A stretch of DNA of 64,000 nt from Escherichia phage ZCEC14: sequence record OP168898.1, one strand, 5' to 3'. The notes beneath the pieces were generated by a model that made no database searches, was not told where the DNA came from, and saw only the letters and a list, made by a program, of their open reading frames with translations. Position numbers and translations under genes: made by a program. Positions 26,499-36,256 of this stretch are shown here, piece by piece; within the stretch, counting starts at the first letter, position 1, and every line of letters begins with the position of its first letter.

Positions 26499-28177
26499 AG
26501 AATTTTAAACTAAACCGAGTTAGGTATCAAAATATAATGTCAGTAGGTGGAAATCCTATTGACATTCAATTAGATAAGGTTCAAAAAACTCTTATTACTG
26601 GACGAAATGGTGGTGGTAAGTCTACTATGTTAGAAGCCATCACATTTGGGCTTTTTGGCAAGCCATTCCGTGATGTAAAGAAAGGCCAATTAATAAACAG
26701 CACAAATAAGAAAGAGCTTTTAGTTGAACTGTGGATGGAATATGATGAGAAAAAGTACTATATCAAAAGAGGACAAAAACCAAATGTTTTCGAAATCACC
26801 GTTAACGGTACACGTCTTAATGAATCTGCCAGCAGTAAAGATTTCCAAGCAGAATTTGAACAGCTTATCGGAATGTCATACGCCAGTTTCAAACAGATCG
26901 TCGTACTCGGCACGGCTGGATATACCCCTTTCATGGGCCTATCCACTCCTGCAAGAAGAAAACTCGTCGAAGACCTGCTCGAGGTAGGAACATTAGCTGA
27001 AATGGATAAGCTTAATAAAGCACTAATACGTGAATTAAATTCACAAAACCAAGTGCTTGATGTTAAAAAAGATAGTATTATCCAACAAATTAAAATATAT
27101 AATGATAACGTTGAACGCCAGAAAAAATTAACTGGCGACAACCTTACTCGTCTGCAAAATATGTATGATGATTTGGCAAAAGAAGCTAGAACGCTAAAAT
27201 CGGAAATAGAAGAAGCTAATGAAAGATTAGTTAATATTGTTTTAGATGAAGACCCGACTGATGCATTTAATAAAATTGGTCAAGAAGCAGTTTTAATTAA
27301 ATCAAAAATTGACTCATATAATAAAGTCATTAATATGTATCACGAAGGTGGATTATGTCCAACCTGCTTGTCACAATTAAGTTCCGGTGATAAAGTTGTT
27401 TCTAAAATTAAAGATAAAGTTTCTGAATGCACGCATTCGTTTGAACAGCTTTCAACACATCGTGATAATTTAAAAGTTCTTGTTGATGAATACCGAGATA
27501 ATATTAAAACCCAGCAGACGTTGGCGAATGATATTCGCAATAAAAAGCAATCCTTAATCACGACGGTAGATAAAGCTAAAAAGGTTAAAGCGGCTATAGA
27601 AAAAGCATCATCCGAGTTTATTGACCATGCTGATGAAATAGCACTGCTTCAAGAAGAACTTGATAAAATTGTTAAGACGAAAACTAATTTAGTAATGGAA
27701 AAATACCACAGAGGAATTTTGACTGACATGCTCAAAGATTCTGGTATTAAAGGTGCTATTATTAAAAAGTACATTCCATTATTTAATAAGCAGATTAACC
27801 ATTATCTTAAAATAATGGAAGCGGATTATGTGTTTACATTAGATGAAGAATTTAATGAGACAATTAAATCCCGTGGTCGCGAAGATTTTAGTTATGCTTC
27901 ATTTAGTGAAGGTGAAAAAGCACGAATTGATATTGCTCTTTTATTTACTTGGCGTGATATTGCTTCTATCGTATCTGGTGTTAGTATTAGTACATTAATT
28001 CTTGATGAAGTATTTGATGGGTCATTTGATGCCGAAGGTATTAAAGGCGTAGCTAATATTATAAATTCAATGAAAAATACTAATGTTTTTATAATTTCGC
28101 ATAAAGACCATGACCCGCAAGAATATGGTCAGCATCTTCAAATGAAGAAAGTCGGTCGATTTACTGTAATGGTTTAA
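26495..28177 (+). CDS. 46: recombination endonuclease subunit gp46 (Rad50-like ATPase)
   Basis: 560 aa; Walker A GRNGGGKST, zinc-hook CPTC, Walker B LILDEVFD; GTG start. Confidence 0.9.
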   Translation: MKNFKLNRVRYQNIMSVGGNPIDIQLDKVQKTLITGRNGGGKSTMLEAITFGLFGKPFRDVKKGQLINSTNKKELLVELWMEYDEKKYYIKRGQKPNVFEITVNGTRLNESASSKDFQAEFEQLIGMSYASFKQIVVLGTAGYTPFMGLSTPARRKLVEDLLEVGTLAEMDKLNKALIRELNSQNQVLDVKKDSIIQQIKIYNDNVERQKKLTGDNLTRLQNMYDDLAKEARTLKSEIEEANERLVNIVLDEDPTDAFNKIGQEAVLIKSKIDSYNKVINMYHEGGLCPTCLSQLSSGDKVVSKIKDKVSECTHSFEQLSTHRDNLKVLVDEYRDNIKTQQTLANDIRNKKQSLITTVDKAKKVKAAIEKASSEFIDHADEIALLQEELDKIVKTKTNLVMEKYHRGILTDMLKDSGIKGAIIKKYIPLFNKQINHYLKIMEADYVFTLDEEFNETIKSRGREDFSYASFSEGEKARIDIALLFTWRDIASIVSGVSISTLILDEVFDGSFDAEGIKGVANIINSMKNTNVFIISHKDHDPQEYGQHLQMKKVGRFTVMV

Positions 28178-28183
28178 TTTATA

Positions 28184-28219
28184 AGAGATTATGCTTTAAT
28201 TTATTAGAGTATAATCTCT
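28184..28219 (+). promoter_or_regulatory. putative MotA-dependent middle promoter inside stem-loop
   Basis: MotA-box-like TGCTTTA 28192-28198, 11-bp spacer, -10 TATAAT 28210-28215; inverted repeat agagattat/ataatctct. Confidence 0.45.
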
Positions 28220-28232
28220 ACGGAGGAAAAAC

Positions 28233-28421
28233 ATGGAATATTCAACTGGACAGCATCTATTAACTATTCCTGAAATAAAACGATATATTCTGAGAAATAA
28301 TTTTTCTAATGAAGAGCATATAGTTACTGAATCTATGCTTAAGAATGCATTTAAATCAGAATATACGAAAATAATGTCCAACAGGAATGAAGCTTGGACT
28401 GTTACTGATTATTATGACTAA
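28233..28421 (+). CDS. hypothetical protein (45.2 position)
   Basis: 62-aa ORF; SD ggagg. Confidence 0.5.
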   Translation: MEYSTGQHLLTIPEIKRYILRNNFSNEEHIVTESMLKNAFKSEYTKIMSNRNEAWTVTDYYD

Positions 28422-28430
28422 AGGTGTATT

Positions 28431-28820
28431 ATGACTAAAATTACTGTGAATTATACTGTTGATGTAAAAGATATTCAGCCAAAACACGTGCGTTCTGAAT
28501 CAAATCCGCAAAACCAAAATAAAATTCGTCGAGCATGGGTTTTGTCTCTTTCTGATAACGCGATGGAAGTTATTCAGAACAAAATTAAATCTGCACCTGC
28601 TCGTCATGCGTATTATGAAGCTATCGATCGTGAAGTGAGTGATAAATGGATTGAACTGATGCGCAAACATACGGCAGAATCTCTAAATGCTGGTGCTAAA
28701 TTTATTATGACTTCATGTGGTGAACGCCTTGAAGACGATTATTGTGGTAATGCAGATGAACGTCTAATTGTTGCTGCTCAAATTGTTGCGGAAACAATTG
28801 CTGCTGATTTTAATCGTTAA
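28431..28820 (+). CDS. rpbA: RNA polymerase-binding protein RpbA
   Basis: 129 aa; position upstream of gene 45 and sequence as recalled for T4 RpbA. Confidence 0.75.
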   Translation: MTKITVNYTVDVKDIQPKHVRSESNPQNQNKIRRAWVLSLSDNAMEVIQNKIKSAPARHAYYEAIDREVSDKWIELMRKHTAESLNAGAKFIMTSCGERLEDDYCGNADERLIVAAQIVAETIAADFNR

Positions 28821-28846
28821 TTGCTTTATTAAATTAGTTATAAAAT
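28821..28846 (+). promoter_or_regulatory. putative MotA-dependent middle promoter of gene 45
   Basis: TTGCTTTA 28821-28828, 12-bp spacer, TAAAAT 28841-28846. Confidence 0.55.
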
Positions 28847-28875
28847 TAAATCTCATTTGAATTGAAGGAAATTAC

Positions 28876-29562
28876 ATGAAACTGTCTAAAGATACTACTG
28901 CTCTGCTTAAAAATTTCGCTACTATTAACTCTGGCATTATGCTTAAATCTGGTCAATTTATTATGACTCGTGCAGTTAATGGTACAACTTATGCGGAAGC
29001 AAATATTTCTGACGTTATTGATTTTGATGTAGCAATTTACGATTTGAACGGTTTTCTCGGTATTCTGTCTCTAGTTAATGATGATGCAGAAATTTCCCAG
29101 TCAGAAGATGGTAATATTAAAATTGCTGATGCCCGTTCAACAATTTTTTGGCCGGCAGCCGATCCGAGTACAGTAGTTGCTCCTAATAAACCAATTCCAT
29201 TCCCGGTAGCATCTGTTGTTACTGAAATTAAAGCTGAAGACCTTCAACAGCTGTTGCGTGTATCTCGTGGTCTGCAGATTGATACAATTGCTATCACAGT
29301 AAAAGAAGGTAAAATCGTAATTAACGGTTTTAATAAAGTAGAAGATTCCGCTTTGACCCGTGTTAAATATTCTTTGACTCTTGGTGATTATGATGGTGAA
29401 AATACATTTAATTTCATTATCAATATGGCAAATATGAAAATGCAACCAGGAAATTATAAACTTCTGCTCTGGGCAAAAGGTAAACAAGGCGCTGCTAAAT
29501 TTGAAGGTGAACACGCGAATTATGTAGTAGCTCTTGAAGCTGATTCTACCCACGACTTTTAA
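28876..29562 (+). CDS. 45: sliding clamp gp45
   Basis: 228 aa; matches T4 gp45. Confidence 0.9.
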   Translation: MKLSKDTTALLKNFATINSGIMLKSGQFIMTRAVNGTTYAEANISDVIDFDVAIYDLNGFLGILSLVNDDAEISQSEDGNIKIADARSTIFWPAADPSTVVAPNKPIPFPVASVVTEIKAEDLQQLLRVSRGLQIDTIAITVKEGKIVINGFNKVEDSALTRVKYSLTLGDYDGENTFNFIINMANMKMQPGNYKLLLWAKGKQGAAKFEGEHANYVVALEADSTHDF

Positions 29563-29564
29563 TA

Positions 29565-29588
29565 GAGGGCTTCGGCCCTTTATAATTT
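29565..29588 (+). terminator. intrinsic terminator
   Basis: agggc-ttcg-gccct followed by ttataattt. Confidence 0.65.
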
Positions 29589-29613
29589 GCACTAAAACTT
29601 GAATGAGGAAATT

Positions 29614-30573
29614 ATGATTACTGTAAATGAAAAAGAACACATTCTTGAACAGAAATATCGTCCATCTACTATCGATGAATGTATTCTTCCCTCCTTTGAT
29701 AAAGAAACCTTTAAATCTATTACAAGTAAAGGTAAGATTCCACATATTATTCTTCATTCTCCTTCTCCAGGAACAGGTAAAACAACCGTAGCAAAAGCAT
29801 TGTGTCATGATGTAAATGCTGATATGATGTTTGTGAATGGGTCAGATTGTAAAATTGATTTCGTTCGTGGTCCTTTGACTAATTTTGCTAGTGCAGCTTC
29901 ATTTGATGGTCGTCAAAAAGTAATCGTCATTGATGAATTTGACCGTTCAGGATTAGCAGAGTCTCAGCGACATCTTCGTTCCTTTATGGAAGCTTATAGT
30001 TCAAACTGTAGTATTATTATTACTGCTAACAATATTGATGGTATTATTAAACCGCTTCAGTCACGCTGCCGAGTTATTACGTTCGGTCAACCGACCGATG
30101 AAGATAAAATTGAAATGATGAAGCAGATGATTCGTCGATTGACTGAAATCTGTAAGCGTGAAGGAATTGCTATAGCTGATATGAAAGTTGTAGCAGCTTT
30201 GGTTAAAAAGAATTTTCCTGATTTTCGTAAAACTATCGGCGAGCTCGATAGTTATTCATCTAAAGGTGTTTTGGATGCTGGTATTTTATCACTGGTTACT
30301 AACGATCGTGGTGCTATTGATGATGTTCTTGAGTCTCTCAAAAATAAAGATGTTAAACAACTCAGAGCTTTAGCACCAAAATATGCGGCTGATTATTCGT
30401 GGTTCGTAGGTAAACTTGCCGAAGAAATTTATACACGCGTAACTCCGCAAAGTATTATTCGTATGTATGAAATTGTTGGTGAAAATAACCAGTATCATGG
30501 AATTGCGGCTAATACGGAATTACATTTAGCATATCTTTTCATTCAATTGGCATGCGAAATGCAGTGGAAGTGA
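29614..30573 (+). CDS. 44: clamp-loader large subunit gp44
   Basis: 319 aa from ATG ([17 protein letters not shown]...); Walker [15 protein letters not shown]; SD gagga. Confidence 0.9.
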   Translation: MITVNEKEHILEQKYRPSTIDECILPSFDKETFKSITSKGKIPHIILHSPSPGTGKTTVAKALCHDVNADMMFVNGSDCKIDFVRGPLTNFASAASFDGRQKVIVIDEFDRSGLAESQRHLRSFMEAYSSNCSIIITANNIDGIIKPLQSRCRVITFGQPTDEDKIEMMKQMIRRLTEICKREGIAIADMKVVAALVKKNFPDFRKTIGELDSYSSKGVLDAGILSLVTNDRGAIDDVLESLKNKDVKQLRALAPKYAADYSWFVGKLAEEIYTRVTPQSIIRMYEIVGENNQYHGIAANTELHLAYLFIQLACEMQWK

Positions 30574-30574
30574 T

Positions 30575-31138
30575 ATGAGCTTATTTGAAGATGATATTCA
30601 ATTAAACGAGCATCAAGTTGCTTGGTATTCAAAAGATTGGACAGCTGTCCAATCTGCTGCTGATTCTTTTAAAGAAAAAGCTGAAAATGAGTTTTTTGAA
30701 ATAATTGGAGCTATTAATAATAAAACTAAATGCTCTATTGCTCAAAAAGATTATTCAAAATACATGGTTGAGAATGCATTATCACAATTTCCGGAGTGCA
30801 TGCCAGCTGTATATGCTATGAATTTAATTGGATCAGGTTTAAGCGATGAAGCCCATTTTAATTATCTGATGGCTGCTGTTCCTCGTGGTAAAAGATATGG
30901 TAAATGGGCAAAACTGGTTGAAGATTCTACCGAAGTATTGATTATTAAGTTACTTGCTAAGCGGTATCAAGTTAATACAAATGATGCAATTAACTATAAA
31001 TCAATTCTTACTAAAAATGGAAAACTTCCTTTAGTATTAAAAGAACTAAAAGGTTTAGTCACGGATGATTTTTTGAAAGAAGTGACTAAGAACGTAAAAG
31101 AACAGAAACAACTCAAAAAACTAGCATTGGAATGGTAA
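30575..31138 (+). CDS. 62: clamp-loader small subunit gp62
   Basis: 187 aa; follows gene 44 as in T4. Confidence 0.85.
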   Translation: MSLFEDDIQLNEHQVAWYSKDWTAVQSAADSFKEKAENEFFEIIGAINNKTKCSIAQKDYSKYMVENALSQFPECMPAVYAMNLIGSGLSDEAHFNYLMAAVPRGKRYGKWAKLVEDSTEVLIIKLLAKRYQVNTNDAINYKSILTKNGKLPLVLKELKGLVTDDFLKEVTKNVKEQKQLKKLALEW

Positions 31139-31139
31139 A

Positions 31140-31508
31140 ATGATTGAAATTACTCTTAAAAAACCTGAAGATTTTCTGAAAGTAAAAGAAACTTTGACTC
31201 GTATGGGAATTGCTAATAATAAAGATAAAGTTCTGTATCAGTCCTGTCATATTCTTCAGAAAAAAGGACTATACTATATCGTTCATTTTAAAGAAATGCT
31301 TCGTATGGATGGTCGCCAAGTTGAAATGACAGAAGAAGATGAAGTTCGTCGTGATTCGATTGCATGGTTGTTAGAAGATTGGGGACTGATTGAAATCGTT
31401 CCTGGTCAAAGAACTTTTATGAAAGATTTAACTAATAATTTCCGAGTTATTTCTTTTAAACAAAAACATGAATGGAAACTCGTTCCTAAATATACGATTG
31501 GTAATTAA
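31140..31508 (+). CDS. regA: translational repressor RegA
   Basis: 122 aa; between 62 and 43 as in T4. Confidence 0.85.
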   Translation: MIEITLKKPEDFLKVKETLTRMGIANNKDKVLYQSCHILQKKGLYYIVHFKEMLRMDGRQVEMTEEDEVRRDSIAWLLEDWGLIEIVPGQRTFMKDLTNNFRVISFKQKHEWKLVPKYTIGN

Positions 31509-31511
31509 GCA

Positions 31512-31531
31512 AGGGGCTTCGGCCCCTTAAT
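31512..31531 (+). terminator. hairpin/terminator after regA
   Basis: aggggc-ttcg-gcccct; weak T-tract. Confidence 0.5.
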
Positions 31532-31586
31532 TGGAGTATAATATATCAAGAGCCTAATAACTCGGGCTATAAACTAAGGAATATCT

Positions 31587-34283
31587 ATGAAAGAATTTTA
31601 TATCTCTATCGAAACAGTCGGAAATAACATTATTGAACGTTATATTGATGAAAACGGAAAGGAACGTACTCGTGAAGTAGAATATCTTCCAACTATGTTT
31701 AGGCATTGTAAGGAAGAGTCAAAATATAAAGACATCTATGGTAAAAACTGCGCTCCTCAAAAATTTCCATCAATGAAAGATGCTCGAGATTGGATGAAGC
31801 GAATGGAAGACATCGGTCTCGAAGCTCTCGGTATGAACGATTTTAAACTCGCTTATATCAGTGATACGTATGGTTCAGAAATTGTTTATGACCGAAAATT
31901 TGTTCGTGTAGCTAACTGTGACATTGAGGTTACTGGTGATAAATTTCCTGACCCAATGAAAGCAGAATATGAAATTGATGCTATCACTCATTATGATTCA
32001 ATTGATGATCGTTTTTATGTTTTCGACCTTTTGAATTCAATGTATGGTTCAGTATCAAAATGGGATGCAAAGTTAGCTGCTAAGCTTGACTGTGAAGGTG
32101 GTGATGAAGTTCCTCAAGAAATTCTTGACCGAGTAATTTATATGCCATTTGACAATGAGCGTGATATGCTCATGGAATATATCAATCTCTGGGAACAGAA
32201 ACGACCTGCTATTTTTACTGGTTGGAATATTGAGGGGTTTGACGTTCCGTATATCATGAATCGCGTTAAAATGGTTCTCGGCGAACGCAGTATGAAACGC
32301 TTCTCTCCAATCGGTCGAGTAAAATCTAAACTAATTCAAAATATGTACGGTAGCAAAGAAATTTATTCTATTGATGGCGTATCTATTCTTGATTATTTAG
32401 ATTTGTACAAGAAATTCGCATTTACTAATTTGCCATCGTTCTCTTTGGAATCAGTTGCTCAGCATGAAACCAAAAAAGGTAAATTACCATACGACGGTCC
32501 TATTAATAAACTTCGTGAGACTAATCATCAACGATACATTAGTTATAACATCATTGACGTAGAATCAGTTCAAGCAATTGATAAAATTCGTGGGTTTATC
32601 GATCTAGTTTTAAGTATGTCTTATTACGCTAAAATGCCTTTTTCTGGTGTAATGAGTCCTATTAAAACTTGGGATGCTATTATTTTTAACTCATTGAAAG
32701 GTGAACATAAGGTTATTCCTCAACAAGGTTCGCACGTTAAACAGAGTTTTCCGGGTGCATTTGTGTTTGAACCTAAACCAATTGCTCGTCGATATATTAT
32801 GAGTTTTGACTTGACGTCTCTGTATCCTAGCATTATTCGTCAGGTTAACATTAGTCCTGAAACTATTCGTGGTCAGTTCAAAGTTCATCCAATTCATGAA
32901 TATATCGCAGGAACAGCTCCTAAACCGAGTGATGAATATTCTTGTTCTCCGAATGGATGGATGTATGATAAGCATCAAGAAGGTATCATTCCAAAGGAAA
33001 TCGCTAAAGTATTTTTCCAGCGTAAAGATTGGAAAAAGAAAATGTTCGCGGAAGAAATGAATGCCGAAGCTATTAAAAAGATTATTATGAAAGGAGCAGG
33101 GTCTTGTTCAACTAAACCAGAAGTTGAACGATATGTTAAGTTCAATGATGATTTCTTAAACGAATTATCGAATTACACCGAATCTGTTCTTAATAGTCTG
33201 ATTGAAGAATGTGAAAAAGCAGCTACACTTGCTAACACAAATCAGCTGAACCGTAAAATTCTCATTAACAGTCTTTATGGTGCTCTTGGTAATATTCATT
33301 TCCGTTACTATGATTTGCGAAATGCTACTGCTATCACAATTTTTGGTCAAGTCGGTATTCAGTGGATTGCTCGTAAAATTAATGAATATCTGAATAAAGT
33401 ATGCGGAACTAATGATGAAGATTTCATTGCAGCAGGTGATACTGATTCGGTATATGTTTGCGTAGATAAAGTAATTGAAAAAGTAGGTCTTGACCGCTTT
33501 AAAGAACAAAATGATTTAGTTGAATTCATGAATCAGTTTGGTAAGAAAAAGATGGAACCTATGATTGATGTTGCATATCGTGAGTTATGTGATTATATGA
33601 ATAACCGCGAGCATCTGATGCATATGGACCGTGAAGCTATTTCTTGCCCTCCGCTTGGTTCAAAGGGTGTCGGTGGATTTTGGAAAGCGAAAAAACGTTA
33701 TGCTCTGAACGTTTATGATATGGAAGATAAGCGATTTGCTGAACCGCATCTAAAAATCATGGGCATGGAAACTCAGCAGAGTTCAACACCAAAAGCAGTA
33801 CAAGAAGCTCTCGAAGAAAGTATTCGTCGTATTCTCCAGGAAGGTGAAGAGTCTGTCCAAGAATATTACAAGAACTTCGAGAAAGAATATCGTCAACTTG
33901 ACTATAAAGTTATTGCTGAAGTAAAAACTGCGAACGATATAGCGAAATATGATGATAAAGGTTGGCCAGGATTTAAATGCCCGTTCCATATTCGTGGTGT
34001 GCTAACTTATCGTCGAGCTGTTAGTGGTCTAGGTGTAGCTCCAATTTTGGATGGAAATAAAGTAATGGTTCTTCCATTACGTGAAGGAAATCCATTTGGT
34101 GACAAGTGTATTGCTTGGCCGTCGGGCACAGAACTTCCAAAAGAAATTCGTTCTGACGTACTGTCTTGGATTGACTACTCAACCTTGTTCCAAAAATCGT
34201 TTGTTAAACCGCTTGCGGGTATGTGTGAATCGGCAGGTATGGACTATGAAGAAAAAGCTTCGTTAGACTTCCTGTTTGGCTGA
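31587..34283 (+). CDS. 43: DNA polymerase gp43 (family B)
   Basis: 898 aa; exo motifs FDIE, YNIIDV; polymerase motifs DLTSLYPS, SLYG, GDTDS. Confidence 0.95.
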   Translation: MKEFYISIETVGNNIIERYIDENGKERTREVEYLPTMFRHCKEESKYKDIYGKNCAPQKFPSMKDARDWMKRMEDIGLEALGMNDFKLAYISDTYGSEIVYDRKFVRVANCDIEVTGDKFPDPMKAEYEIDAITHYDSIDDRFYVFDLLNSMYGSVSKWDAKLAAKLDCEGGDEVPQEILDRVIYMPFDNERDMLMEYINLWEQKRPAIFTGWNIEGFDVPYIMNRVKMVLGERSMKRFSPIGRVKSKLIQNMYGSKEIYSIDGVSILDYLDLYKKFAFTNLPSFSLESVAQHETKKGKLPYDGPINKLRETNHQRYISYNIIDVESVQAIDKIRGFIDLVLSMSYYAKMPFSGVMSPIKTWDAIIFNSLKGEHKVIPQQGSHVKQSFPGAFVFEPKPIARRYIMSFDLTSLYPSIIRQVNISPETIRGQFKVHPIHEYIAGTAPKPSDEYSCSPNGWMYDKHQEGIIPKEIAKVFFQRKDWKKKMFAEEMNAEAIKKIIMKGAGSCSTKPEVERYVKFNDDFLNELSNYTESVLNSLIEECEKAATLANTNQLNRKILINSLYGALGNIHFRYYDLRNATAITIFGQVGIQWIARKINEYLNKVCGTNDEDFIAAGDTDSVYVCVDKVIEKVGLDRFKEQNDLVEFMNQFGKKKMEPMIDVAYRELCDYMNNREHLMHMDREAISCPPLGSKGVGGFWKAKKRYALNVYDMEDKRFAEPHLKIMGMETQQSSTPKAVQEALEESIRRILQEGEESVQEYYKNFEKEYRQLDYKVIAEVKTANDIAKYDDKGWPGFKCPFHIRGVLTYRRAVSGLGVAPILDGNKVMVLPLREGNPFGDKCIAWPSGTELPKEIRSDVLSWIDYSTLFQKSFVKPLAGMCESAGMDYEEKASLDFLFG

Positions 34284-34296
34284 TAGAATAAATCTA

Positions 34297-34317
34297 GGGA
34301 CCTCCGGGTCCCTTTTT
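34297..34317 (+). terminator. intrinsic terminator
   Basis: gggacc-tccg-ggtccc followed by ttttt. Confidence 0.8.
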
Positions 34318-34400
34318 CATACAAGTAATATAAATCTATACTTAGGAAAAATAGATGATTCTAGGTCCTGTAAATTTATTAAAAATTTTTTCACAAAACT

Positions 34401-34430
34401 GTTTACATCCCTGTTCTTCCATGGTACTAT
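34401..34430 (+). promoter_or_regulatory. early sigma70-type promoter with SD-complementary spacer
   Basis: -35 GTTTAC 34401-34406, -10 TACTAT 34425-34430; spacer ctgttcttcc pairs with ggaggaacac (34446-34455). Confidence 0.7.
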
Positions 34431-34458
34431 ACAACTATCAACTACGGAGGAACACAAA

Positions 34459-34710
34459 ATGAAAAACATTCAAACTAATTTTATTCAAAATTTAAAAGTT
34501 GTTAATGCAGAAAAAGCTAATAAATTCTTTAAAGTTAAAGAATTCGAAAATGAAGGTAATACTTATGGTATTATAGAACAAAATGGAATGGTGACTGGAT
34601 TAGAAATTTATAATGGCAAAGGAAAATTTCAGTCACAGCCAATTTCTGTTATGGGTGTAAGAAAAGGAATTAAAACTGAAGATGCTTTAAAATTATTTGT
34701 TAAGTTTTAA
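34459..34710 (+). CDS. hypothetical protein
   Basis: 84 aa from ATG after promoter/leader cassette; track start 34276 is an alternative-codon extension across the terminator. Confidence 0.5.
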   Translation: MKNIQTNFIQNLKVVNAEKANKFFKVKEFENEGNTYGIIEQNGMVTGLEIYNGKGKFQSQPISVMGVRKGIKTEDALKLFVKF

Positions 34711-34722
34711 GAGGAAATTGTT

Positions 34723-35103
34723 ATGAAAATCGCTATTTTGGTTATTGCATTAGGTCTTACTGGTTGTGTAGCTCAAGGACCGGTAGTAAATCAGTCTGAT
34801 GTAGGAAAAATTGTAAACTGTTCAAGCAAATTTTATAATCCTAATGTCAAGTGTTATAAAGAAGCTCCAAAGCAAACAGTAGAACAAATGCAGGCGAATT
34901 TTGACGAAGCTATTCGTCCAGATGAATCTGCTCAAGCATATCGTAATTCGGATGTAATTACACGCGAAGAAAAAATTGAAAATTACTGTGCCGTGCTTTG
35001 GGCAAATTGGGCTAATAATTACCAGTGGCGTACAGGTAAAAATGCTCCGATGGAGTATGTAGTGAATTCTTATAATTCATGCGTAAAAAATTTGACTAAG
35101 TGA
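34723..35103 (+). CDS. putative lipoprotein
   Basis: 126 aa; signal peptide with lipobox LTGC. Confidence 0.5.
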   Translation: MKIAILVIALGLTGCVAQGPVVNQSDVGKIVNCSSKFYNPNVKCYKEAPKQTVEQMQANFDEAIRPDESAQAYRNSDVITREEKIENYCAVLWANWANNYQWRTGKNAPMEYVVNSYNSCVKNLTK

Positions 35104-35110
35104 GGAAAAC

Positions 35111-35362
35111 ATGGAAACTTTAGTAGCGGGTTCAATTTTTATGGTTTTAGTTTCAGGCGTGTTGGCTATTATTATATACATGCTTCCGTGGTTCATCGCC
35201 TTGATGCGTGGGTCAAAATCGACAGTAGGAATCTTTTTCACGTCTTTACTGTTTAACTGGTCAATTATTGGTTGGTTTATTACATTTATTTGGTCAATTG
35301 CTGGTGAAACTAAAAAGTCTGCGCAGCCAAATCAGGTAATTATCATCAGAGAGAAGGAATGA
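35111..35362 (+). CDS. imm: superinfection immunity membrane protein
   Basis: 83 aa, two hydrophobic helices; position between 43 and 42 and length match T4 Imm. Confidence 0.75.
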   Translation: METLVAGSIFMVLVSGVLAIIIYMLPWFIALMRGSKSTVGIFFTSLLFNWSIIGWFITFIWSIAGETKKSAQPNQVIIIREKE

Positions 35363-35508
35363 AAAGCAAAATTATAGCAGCATTGCTTTTAATCTTGATG
35401 ATTATAATAAGTATATACTATAGTGTAACGGTTCCTCTTATGATTCCAACTATTATTTTAGGTTGGAGTTTATTACTGTTACAAGTTAAATATGAATGTA
35501 TCAATTGA
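35359..35508 (+). CDS. small membrane protein
   Basis: 49-aa hydrophobic ORF below track cutoff, ATGA overlap with imm stop. Confidence 0.4.
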   Translation: MKSKIIAALLLILMIIISIYYSVTVPLMIPTIILGWSLLLLQVKYECIN

Positions 35509-35515
35509 GGTTTAA

Positions 35516-36256
35516 ATGATTAGTGACTCTATGACAGTTGAAGAAATCCGTCTTCATTTGGGGCTTGCATTAAAAGAAAAAGATTTCGTAGTTGATAAAA
35601 CTGGTGTCAAAACTATTGAAATTATTGGCGCATCATTTGTAGCAGATGAACCGTTTATTTTTGGCGCTCTTAATGATGAATACATTCAGCGTGAACTTGA
35701 ATGGTATAAATCTAAAAGCTTGTTCGTTAAAGATATTCCGGGTGAAACACCGAAGATTTGGCAACAAGTAGCATCTTCTAAAGGTGAAATTAACTCGAAT
35801 TATGGTTGGGCTATCTGGTCAGAAGATAACTATGCCCAGTATGATATGTGTTTAGCTGAACTTGGTCAAAATCCTGATTCTCGGCGCGGTATCATGATTT
35901 ATACTCGTCCATCTATGCAGTTTGACTACAATAAAGATGGTATGTCAGATTTCATGTGTACTAATACAGTACAGTACTTGATTCGTGATAAGAAAGTCAA
36001 TGCAGTAGTAAGCATGCGCTCAAATGACGTGGTCTTCGGATTCCGTAATGATTATGCATGGCAAAAATACGTATTAGATAAATTAGTATCTGATTTGAAT
36101 GCAGGCGATTCAACTCGTCAGTATAAAGCAGGTTCTATTATATGGAATGTTGGAAGTCTTCATGTATATTCTCGTCATTTTTACTTGGTTGATCATTGGT
36201 GGAATACTGGCGAAACTCATATTGTGAAAAAAGACTATAAAGGTGAGTGGAAATGA
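35516..36256 (+). CDS. 42: dCMP hydroxymethylase gp42
   Basis: 246 aa; thymidylate-synthase-like fold; matches T4 gp42. Confidence 0.9.
   Translation: MISDSMTVEEIRLHLGLALKEKDFVVDKTGVKTIEIIGASFVADEPFIFGALNDEYIQRELEWYKSKSLFVKDIPGETPKIWQQVASSKGEINSNYGWAIWSEDNYAQYDMCLAELGQNPDSRRGIMIYTRPSMQFDYNKDGMSDFMCTNTVQYLIRDKKVNAVVSMRSNDVVFGFRNDYAWQKYVLDKLVSDLNAGDSTRQYKAGSIIWNVGSLHVYSRHFYLVDHWWNTGETHIVKKDYKGEWK

Noticed and set aside
26758-27141. 127-aa minus-strand ORF (and 87-aa plus-strand ORF 26724-26987)
   Set aside because: Both lie inside gene 46 in alternative frames; gene 46 is strongly supported by Walker and zinc-hook motifs.
29137-29808. 223-aa minus-strand ORF
   Set aside because: Lies entirely antisense to genes 45 and 44; low-complexity Phe/Ile-rich product typical of antisense frames in AT-rich DNA; no SD.
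34276-34458. Upstream extension of ORF 34459-34710
   Set aside because: Would begin inside the gene 43 stop region and read through a strong terminator and a promoter; ATG 34459 after the SD is the plausible start.
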